A DNA stretch of 64,000 bases from the human T2T-CHM13v2.0 reference genome, Homo sapiens: assembly GCF_009914755.1 (NCBI RefSeq), contig NC_060946.1; one strand, written 5' to 3'. A program made the position numbers and the translations under genes. How positions within the stretch are numbered: the stretch's first letter is position 1; every line of letters begins with the position of its first letter. Shown here in pieces: positions 1 through 11,097 of the stretch. The notes under the pieces are model-generated. The model saw nothing but the letters and a program-made list of their open reading frames with translations, was not told the DNA's origin and did not search any database.

Positions 1-3000
1 GGAATGGAATGGAATGGAATGGAATGGAATAAATCCGGGTGGAGTGGAATGGAATTTAATGGAGTGGAATGGAATGTAATTCAGTGGAATGGAATGGAAT
101 GGAATGGAATGGAATGGAATCAAACCGAATGGAATGGAACAGAATGGAATGGAAAGGAATGGAATGGAATGGAATGGAATGGAATGGAATGCAATGGAAT
201 GGAACATAATGGAATGGAAAGGAATGGAATGGAATGGAATGGAATGGAATGGAATGCAATGGAATGGAATGGAATGGAATCAACCCGAATGGGATGGCAT
301 GGAATGGAATGGAATGGAATGGAATGGAATGGAATCAACCCAAGTGCATTGGAATGGAATGGAATGCAATGGAATCCACCCAGGAGGAATGGAAAGGAAT
401 GGAATGGAATGGAATGGAATGGAATGGAATCAACACGAATGGAATGGAACGGAATGGAATGGGATGGGATGGAATGGAATGGAATGGAAGTTAATCAACA
501 CGAATGGAATCGAACGGAATGGATTGCAATGGAATGGAATGGAATGGAATGGAATGGAATGGAATGGAATTTCATTGAATGGATTGAAATGGAAAGGAAC
601 GGAATGGAATCAACACGAGTGGAATGGAATGGAACGGAATGGAATCAACCAGGGTGGAATGAAATGGAAAGTAATGCAATGGGATGGAGTGGAATCAAAC
701 CGAGTGGAATGCAATGGAATGGAATGGAATGGAATGAAATGGAATGGAATTTAGTGGAATGGAATGGAATGGAATGGAATGGAATGGAATGAAATGGATT
801 TGATCGGAATGGAATCCAATGGAATCAACTGGAATGGAATGGAATGGAATAAATCCGGGTGGAGTGGAATGGAATGTAATGGAGTGGAATGGAATGGAAT
901 TTAGTGGAATGGATTGGAATGCAATGGAATGGAATGAAATGGAATGGATCGGAATGGAATCCAATGGAAACGAATGGAATGGAATGGAATGGAATGGAAT
1001 TTAGTGGAATGGAATGGAATGGAATGGAATGAAATGAAATGGATTTGATCGGAATGGAATCCAATGGAATCAACTGGAATGGAATGGAATGGAATGGAAT
1101 GGAATGGAATAAATCCGGGTGGAGTGGAATGGAATGTAATGGAGTGGAATGGAATGGAATTTAGTGTAATGGAATGGAATGGAATGGAATGGAATGGAAA
1201 GGAATCAACCCGAATGGAATGGAACGGAATGGAATGGAAAGGAATGGAATGGAATGGAATGGAATGGAATGGAAAGGAATCAACCCGAATGGAATGGAAC
1301 GGAATGGAATGGAAAGGAATGGAATGGAATGGAATGGAATGGAATGGAATGGAATCAACCCGAATGGGATGGCAAGGAATGGAATTGAATGGAATGGAAT
1401 GGAATGGAATGGAATGGAATGGAATCAACCCAAGTGTAATGGAATGGAATGGAATGGAATGGAATGGAATGGAATGGAATGGAATGGAATGGAGTGTAAT
1501 GCAAAGGAATGAAGTGGAATGGAATAAACACCAGGGGAATGAAATGGATTGGAATGAAATGGAATGGAATGGAATGGAATGAAATCAACCCGAGTGGAAT
1601 GGAACGGAATGGAATGGAATGGAAGGATTGAATGGAATGGAATGGTGTGGAATCAAAAAGAGAGGAATGGAATGGAATGGAACGGAACGGAATGGAAAGG
1701 AATGGAATGGAATGAACCCGAATGGAATGGAATGGATTGGAATGGAATGGAATGGAAACAACCCGAGCTTAAAGGAATGGAATTGAATGGAGTGGAATGG
1801 AATGTAATGGAATGGAATGGAATGGAATGGAATCAACACGAATGGAATCGAACGGAATGGAATGGGATGGGATGGAATGAAATGGAATGAAATGTATTGG
1901 ATCGGAATGGAATCCAATGGAATCAACTGGAATGGAATGGAAATGAATGGAATGGAATAAATCCGTGTGGAGTGGAATGGAATGTAATGGAGTGGAATGG
2001 AATGGAATTTAGTAGAATGGAATGGAATGGAATGGAATGCAATGGAATGGAATGGAATGGAATCAACCCGAATGGAATTGAACGGAATGGAATGGAAAGG
2101 AATGGAATGGAATGGAATGGAATGGAATGGAATGGAATGGAATCAACCCGAATGGGAAGGCATGGAATGGAATTGAATGGAATGGAATGGAATGGAATGG
2201 AATCAACCCAAGTGCAATGGATGGAATGGAATGCAATGGAATCTACCCGAGTGGAATGGAATGGAATGGAATGGACTGTAACGGAATGGAATGGAATGGA
2301 ATTCAATGGAGTGGAATGGAACGGAATAGAGTGGAATGGAATAAACTCCAGGGGAATGAAATGGAATGGAATGAAATCAAACCGAGTGGAATGGAACGGA
2401 ATGGAATTGAATGGAAAGGAATGAATGGAATGGAATGGTGTCGAATCAACACGAGAGGAATGGAATGGAATGGAACGGAACGGAATGGAAAGAAATGGAA
2501 TGGAATGAACCCGAAAGGAATGGAATGGATTGGAATGGAATGGAATGGAATCAACCCGAGCGGAAAGGAATGGAATGCAATGGAGTGGAATGGAATGTAA
2601 TGTAATGGAATGGAATGGAATGGAATCATCACGAATGGAATGGAACGGAATGGAATGGGATGGGATGGAATGGAATGGGATGGGATGGAATTGAATGGAA
2701 TGGAAGTTAATCAACACGAATGGAATGGAACGGAATGGAATGGAATGAAATGGAATGGAATGGAATGGAATGGAATAGAATGAAATGGAAAGGAACGGAA
2801 TGGAATTAACAGGAGTGGAATGGAATGGAACAGAATGGAATCAACCCGAGTGGAATGAAATGGAATGTAATGCAATGGGATGGAGTGGAATCAACCCGAG
2901 TGGAATGGAATGGAATGGAATGGAATGGAATGGAATGGAATGGAATGCAATGAAATGGACTGGATTGGAATGGAATCCAATGGAATCAACTGGAATGGAA

Positions 3001-3215
3001 TGGAATGGAATGGAATGGAATGGATTAAATCCGGGTGGAGTGGAACGGAATGTAATGGAGTGGAATGGAATGGAATTTAGTGGAATGGAATGGAATGAAA
3101 TGGATTGGATCGGAATAGAATCCAATGGAATCAACTGGAATGGAATGGAATGGAATGGAATGGAACAAATCCGGGTGTAGTGGAATGGAATGGAATGGAG
3201 TGGAATGGAATGGAA

Positions 3216-3950
3216 TTTAGTGGAATGGAATGGAATGGAATAGAAAGGCATGGAATGGAATGAACCCGAATGGAATGGAATGGAATGGAATGGAAAGGAA
3301 TGGAATGGAATGGAATGGAATGGAATGGAATGGAATAAACCTGAATGGGAAGGCATGAAATGGAACGGAATGCAATGGAATGGAATGGAATGGAATGGAA
3401 TCTCCCTAAGTGCAATGGAATGGAATGGAATGCAATGGAATCCACCCGAGTGAAATGGAATGGAATGGAATGGAATGGAATGGAATGGAATTGAATGGAA
3501 TGGAGTTGAATGGAACGGAATGGAGTGGAATGGAATAAACACCAAGGGAATGAAATGGATTGGAATGAAATGGAATGGAATTTAGTGGAATGGAATGGAA
3601 TGGAATAGAAAGGCATGGAATGGAATGAACCCGAATGGAATGGAATGGAATGGAATGGAAAGGAATGGAATGGAATGGAATGGAATGGAATGGAATGGAA
3701 TGGAATGGAATAAACCTGAATGGGAAGGCATGAAATGGAACGGAATGCAATGGAATGGAATGGAGTGGAATGGAATCTCCCTAAGTGCAATGGAATGGAA
3801 TGGAATGCAATGGAATCCACCCGAGTGAAATGGAATGGAATGGAATGGAATGGAATGGAATTGAATGGAATGGAGTTGAATGGAACGGAATGGAGTGGAA
3901 TGGAATAAACACCAAGGGAATGAAATGGATTGGAATGAAATGGAATGGAA
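3216..3950 (+). repeat. ~370-bp tandem duplication inside HSat3 copy 1
   Basis: TTTAGTGG at 3216/3581, TCTCCCTAAG at 3401/3776 and AAACACCAAGGG at 3537/3907. Only one copy is present in the paralogous block (~8028-8390). Confidence 0.88.
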
Positions 3951-4150
3951 TGGAATGGAATGGAATGAAATCAACCCGAGTGGAACGGAATTGAATGGAA
4001 TGGAATGGAAAGGAATGAATGGATTGGAATGGTGTGGAATCAACACGAGAGGAATGGAATGGAATGGAATCTTACGGAAAGGAATTGAAAGGAATGGAAT
4101 GGAATGAACACGAATGGAATGGAATCTATTGGAATGCAATGGAATGGAAT

Positions 4151-5700
4151 CAACCCGGGCGGAAAGGAATGGAATGGAATGGAGTGGAATGGAATGTAAT
4201 GGAATGGAATGGCATGGAATGGAAACAACACGAATGGAATGGAACAGAATGGAATGGGATGGGATGGAACAGAATGGAATGGAAGTTAATCAACACGAAT
4301 GGAATGGAACGGAATGGAATGGAATGGAATGGAATGGAATGGAATGGAATGGAATGAACCCGAATAGAATGGAATGGATTGGAATGGAATGGAATGGAAT
4401 CAACCCGAGCGGAAAGGAATGGAATGGAATGGAGTGGAATGGCATGTAATGGAAAGGAATGGAATGGAATGGAATGGAATGGAATGGAATGGAATGGAAT
4501 CAACACGAATGGAATGAAACGGAATGGAATTGGATGGGATGGAATGGAACGGAATGTAAGTTAATCAACACGAATGGAATGGAACGGAATGGAATGGAAT
4601 GGAATGGAATGGAATGATCCCGAATGGAATGAAATGGATTGGTATGGAATGGAATGGAATCAACCCGAGCGGAAAGGAATGGAATGGAATGGAGTGGAAT
4701 GGAATGGAATGGAATGGAATGGAATGGAATGGAATGGAAACAACACGAATTGAATGGAATGGAATGGAATGAAATGGGATGGGATGGAATGGAATGGAAT
4801 GGAATGGAAGTTAATCAACACGAATGGAATGGAACGGAATGGAATGGAATGGAATGGAATGGAATGAACCCGAATAGAATGGAATGGATTGGAATGGAAT
4901 GGAATGGAATCAACCCGAGCGGAAAGGAATGGAATGGAATGGAATGGAATGGATTCAACACGAATGGAATGAAACGGAATGGAATGGGATGGGATGGAAT
5001 GGAATGGAATGGAAGTTAATCAACACGAATGAAATGGAACGGAATGGAATGGAATGGAATGGAATGGAATCAACACGAATGGAATGGAATGGAATGGAAT
5101 GGGATGGGATGGAATGGAATGGAATGGAAGTTAATCAACACAAATGGAATGTATCTGAATGGAATGGAATGGAATGAACCCGAATGGAATGGAATGAACC
5201 CGAATGGAATGGAATGGATTGGAATGGAATGGAATGGAATCAACCTGAGCGGAAAGGAATGGAATGGAATGGAGTGGAATGGAATGTAATAGAATGGAAT
5301 GGAATGGAATGGAATCAACAGTAATGGAATGGAACGGAAAGGAATGGGATGGGATGGAATGGAGTGGAATGGAAGTTAATCAACATGAATGGAATGGAAC
5401 GGAATGGAATGGAATGGAATGGAATGAACAAGAATGGAATGGAATGGATTGGAATGGAATGGAATGGAAGCAACCCGAGCGGAAAGGAATGGAATGGAAT
5501 GGAGTGGAATGGAATGTAATGGAATGGAACGGAATGGAATGTAATCAACACGAATGGAATGGAATGGAATGGAATGGGATGGGATGGAATGGAATGGAAT
5601 GGAAGTTAATCAACACGAATGGAATGGAACGGAATGGAATGGAATGGAATGGAATGAAATGGAAAGGAACGGAATGGAATCAACACGAGTGGAATGGAAT
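4151..5700 (+). repeat. Six tandem ~250-bp HSat3 subunits
   Basis: CAACCCGAGCGGAAAGG-type landmark at 4151, 4401, 4661, 4911, 5241 and 5471, each followed by GGGATGGGAT-like and AAGTTAATCAAC motifs. Mirrored at ~8588-10100. Confidence 0.85.
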
Positions 5701-6659
5701 GGAAAGTAATGGATTCAACCCGAGTGGAATGAAATAGAATGTAATGCAGTGGGATGGAGTGGAGTCAACCCGAGTGGAATGGAATGGAATGGACTGGAAT
5801 GGAATGAAATGAAATGGATCGGAATGGAATCCAATGGAATCAACTGGAATGGAATGGAATGGAATAAAATGGAATGGAATGGAATGGAATAAATCCGGGT
5901 GGAGTGGAATGGAATGTAATGGAGTGGAATGGAATGGAATTTAGTGGAATGGAATTTAATGGATTGGAATGGAATGGAATGGAATCAACCCGAGCGGAAA
6001 GGAATGGAATGCAATGGAGTGGAATGGAATGTAATGTAATGGAATGGAATGGAATGGAATCATCACGAATGGAATGGAACGGAATGGAATGGGATGGGAT
6101 GGAATGGAATGGGATGGGATGGAATTGAATGGAATGGAAGTTAATCAACACGAATGGAATGTAACAGAATGGAATGGAATGGAATAAACACAATTGGAAT
6201 GGAACGGAATGGAATGGAATTGGATGGAATGGAATGCAATGGAAGTTAATCAACACGAATGGAATGGAACGGAATGGAACGGAATGCAATGGAATGTAAT
6301 GGAATGGAATGGAATGGAATGAAATGGAAAGGAACGGAATGGAATCAACACGAATGGAATGGAATGGAACGGAATGGAATCAACCCGAGTGGAATGAAAT
6401 GGAATGTAATGCAGTGGGATGGAGTGGAGTCAACCCGAGCGGAATGGAATGGAATGGAGTGGAAAGGAATGAAATGGAATGGATCGGAATAGAATCCAAT
6501 GGAATCAACTGGATTGGAATGGTACGGAAGGGAATGGAATGGAATGGAATAAATCCGGGTGGAGTGCAATGGAATGTAATGGAGTGGAATATAATGGAAT
6601 TTATTGGAATGGAATGGAATGGAATGGAATGGAATGGAATGGAACGGAATGGATTGGAA

Positions 6660-9600
6660 TGAAATGGATTGGATCGGAATGGAATCCAATGGAATCAACT
6701 GGAATGGAATGGAATGGAATGGAATGGAATGGAATGGAATAAATCCGTGTGGAGTGGAATGGAATGTAATGGAGTGGAATGGAATGGAATTTAGTAGAAT
6801 GGAATGGAATGGAATGGAATGCAATGGAATGGAATGGAATGGAATCAACCCGAATGGAATTGAACGGAATGGAATGGAAAGGAATGGAATGGAATGGAAT
6901 GGAATGGAATGGAATGGAATGGAATGGAATGGAATGGAATCAACCCGAATGGGAAGGCATGGAATGGAATTGAATGGAATGGAATGGAATGGAATGGAAT
7001 CAACCCAAGTGCAATGGATGGAATGGAATGCAATGGAATCTACCCGAGTGGAATGGAATGGAATGGAATGGACTGTAACGGAATGGAATGGAATGGAATT
7101 CAATGGAGTGGAATGGAACGGAATAGAGTGGAATGGAATAAACTCCAGGGGAATGAAATGGAATGGAATGAAATCAAACCGAGTGGAATGGAACGGAATG
7201 GAATTGAATGGAAAGGAATGAATGGAATGGAATGGTGTCGAATCAACACGAGAGGAATGGAATGGAATGGAACGGAACGGAATGGAAAGAAATGGAATGG
7301 AATGAACCCGAAAGGAATGGAATGGATTGGAATGGAATGGAATGGAATCAACCCGAGCGGAAAGGAATGGAATGCAATGGAGTGGAATGGAATGTAATGT
7401 AATGGAATGGAATGGAATGGAATCATCACGAATGGAATGGAACGGAATGGAATGGGATGGGATGGAATGGAATGGGATGGGATGGAATTGAATGGAATGG
7501 AAGTTAATCAACACGAATGGAATGGAACGGAATGGAATGGAATGAAATGGAATGGAATGGAATGGAATGGAATAGAATGAAATGGAAAGGAACGGAATGG
7601 AATTAACAGGAGTGGAATGGAATGGAACAGAATGGAATCAACCCGAGTGGAATGAAATGGAATGTAATGCAATGGGATGGAGTGGAATCAACCCGAGTGG
7701 AATGGAATGGAATGGAATGGAATGGAATGGAATGGAATGGAATGCAATGAAATGGACTGGATTGGAATGGAATCCAATGGAATCAACTGGAATGGAATGG
7801 AATGGAATGGAATGGAATGGATTAAATCCGGGTGGAGTGGAACGGAATGTAATGGAGTGGAATGGAATGGAATTTAGTGGAATGGAATGGAATGAAATGG
7901 ATTGGATCGGAATAGAATCCAATGGAATCAACTGGAATGGAATGGAATGGAATGGAATGGAATGGAATGGAATGGAACAAATCCGGGTGTAGTGGAATGG
8001 AATGGAATGGAGTGGAATGGAATGGAATTTAGTGGAATGGAATGGAATGGAATAGAAAGGCATGGAATGGAATGAACCCGAATGGAATGGAATGGAATGG
8101 AATGGAAAGGAATGGAATGGAATGGAATGGAATGGAATGGAATGGAATAAACCTGAATGGGAAGGCATGAAATGGAACGGAATGCAATGGAATGCAATGG
8201 AATGGAATGGAATCTCCCTAAGTGCAATGGAATGGAATGGAATGCAATGGAATCCACCCGAGTGAAATGGAATGGAATGGAATGGAATGGAATGGAATGG
8301 AATGGAATGGAGTTGAATGGAACGGAATGGAGTGGAATGGAATAAACACCAAGGGAATGAAATGGATTGGAATGAAATGGAATGGAATGGAATGGAATGG
8401 AATGAAATCAACCCGAGTGGAACGGAATTGAATGGAATGGAATGGAAAGGAATGAATGGAATGGAATGGTGTGGAATCAACACGAGAGGAATGGAATGGA
8501 ATGGAATCTTACGGAAAGGAATTGAAAGGAATGGAATGGAATGAACACGAATGGAATGGAATCTATTGGAATGCAATGGAATGGAATCAACCCGGGCGGA
8601 AAGGAATGGAATGGAATGGAGTGGAATGGAATGGAATGGAATGGAATGGCATGGAATGGAAACAACACGAATGGAATGGAACAGAATGGAATGGGATGGG
8701 ATGGAACAGAATGGAATGAAAGTTAATCAACACGAATGGAATGGAACGGAATGGAATGGAATGGAATGGAATGGAATGGAATGGAATGAACCCGAATAGA
8801 ATGGAATGGATTGGAATGGAATGGAATGGAATCAACCCGAGCGGAAAGGAATGGAATGGAATGGAGTGGAATGGCATGTAATGGAAAGGAATGGAATGGA
8901 ATGGAATGGAATGGAATGGAATGGAATCAACACGAATGGAATGAAACGGAATGGAATTGGATGGGATGGAATGGAACGGAATGTAAGTTAATCAACACGA
9001 ATGGAATGGAACGGAATGGAATGGAATGGAATGGAATGGAATGAACCCGAATGGAATGAAATGGATTGGTATGGAATGGAATGGAATCAACCCGAGCGGA
9101 AAGTAATGGAATGGAATGGAGTGGAATGGAATGGAATGGAATGGAATGGAATGGAATGGAATGGAATGGAAACAACACGAATGGAATGGAATGGAATGGA
9201 ATGGAATGGGATGGGATGGAATGGAATGGAATGGAATGGAAGTTAATCAACACGAATGGAATGGAATGGAATGGAATGGAATGGAATGAACCCGAATAGA
9301 ATGGAATGGATTGGAATGGAATGGAATGGAATCAACCCGAGCGGAAAGGAATGGAATGGAATGGAATGGAATGGATTCAACACGAATGGAATGAAACGGA
9401 ATGGAATGGGATGGGATGGAATGGAATGGAATGGAAGTTAATCAACACGAATGAAATGGAACGGAATGGAATGGAATGGAATGGAATGGAATCAACACGA
9501 ATGGAATGGAATGGAATGGAATGGAATGGAAGTTAATCAACACAAATGGAATGTATCTGAATGGAATGGAATGGAATGAACCCGAATGGAATGGAATGAA

Positions 9601-10367
9601 CCCGAATGGAATGGAATGGATTGGAATGGAATGGAATGGAATCAACCTGAGCGGAAAGGAATGGAATGGAATGGAGTGGAATGGAATGTAATAGAATGGA
9701 ATGGAATGGAATGGAATCAACAGTAATGGAATGGAACGGAAAGGAATGGGATGGGATGGAATGGAGTGGAATGGAAGTTAATCAACATGAATGGAATGGA
9801 ACGGAATGGAATGGAATGGAATGGAATGGAATGAACAAGAATGGAATGGAATGGATTGGAATGGAATGGAATGGAAGCAACCCGAGCGGAAAGGAATGGA
9901 ATGGAATGGAGTGGAATGGAATGTAATGGAATGGAACGGAATGGAATGTAATCAACACGAATGGAATGGAATGGAATGGAATGGGATGGGATGGAATGGA
10001 ATGGAATGGAAGTTAATCAACACGAATGGAATGGAACGGAATGGAATGGAATGGAATGGAATGAAATGGAAAGGAACGGAATGGAATCAACACGAGTGGA
10101 ATGGAATGGAAAGTAATGGATTCAACCCGAGTGGAATGAAATAGAATGTAATGCAGTGGGATGGAGTGGAGTCAACCCGAGTGGAATGGAATGGAATGGA
10201 CTGGAATGGAATGAAATGAAATGGATCGGAATGGAATCCAATGGAATCAACTGGAATGGAATGGAATGGAATAAAATGGAATGGAATGGAATGGAATAAA
10301 TCCGGGTGGAGAGGAATGGAATGTAATGGAGTGGAATGGAATGGAATTTAGTGGAATGGAATTTAAT
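6660..10367 (+). repeat. HSat3 duplicated block, copy 2 (~3.7 kb)
   Basis: Near-identical to 1888-5960 apart from GGAAT copy-number changes and lack of the ~370-bp internal duplication. Confidence 0.9.
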
Positions 10368-11097
10368 GGAATGGAATGGAATGGAATGGAATGGAATCAA
10401 CCCGAAAGGAATGGAATGGAATGGAATGGAATGGAATGGAATGGAAAGGAAAGGAATGGAATGGAATGGAATGGAATGGAATGGAATGGAATGGAATGGA
10501 ATCAACCTGACTGGGATGGCATGGAATGGAATTGAATGGAATGGAATGGAATGGAATGGAATGGAAAGGAATAGAATGGAATCAACCCACGTGCAATGGA
10601 ATGGAATGGAATGCCATGGAATCCACCCGAGGGGAATTGAACGGAATGGAATGGAATGGAGTGGAATGGAACGGAATGTAGTGGAATGGAATAAACACCA
10701 GGGGAATGAAATGGAGTGGAATGGAACGGAATGTAGTGGAATGGAATAAACACCAGGGGAATGAAATGGATTGGAATGAAATGGAATGAAATGGAATGGA
10801 ATGGAATGAAATTAACCCGAGTGGAATGCAACAGAATGGAATGGAATGGAAAGGAATGAATGGAATGGAATGGTGTGGAATCAACACGAGGGAAATGGAA
10901 TGGAATGGAATGGAACGGAACGGAAAGGAAAGGAATGCAATGGAATGAACCCGAATGGAATGGAATGGATTGGAATGGAATGGAATGGAATGGAATCAAC
11001 CCGAGCGGAAAGGAATGGAATGGAATGTAGTGGAATGGAATGGAATGGAATGGAATGGAATGGAATGGAGTGAAATCAACACGAATGGAAAGTAACG

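Larger units (their letters stand above)
1888..5960 (+). repeat. HSat3 duplicated block, copy 1 (~4.07 kb)
   Basis: Shares rare landmarks in the same order with 6660-10367: AAATCCGTGT, ATCTACCCGA, GGACTGTAAC, AAACTCCAGG, GGTGTCGAAT, CTCCCTAAGT, CTTACGGAAA, GTATCTGAAT. ORF-track offsets are 4797, then 4812, 4437 and about 4407. Confidence 0.9.
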
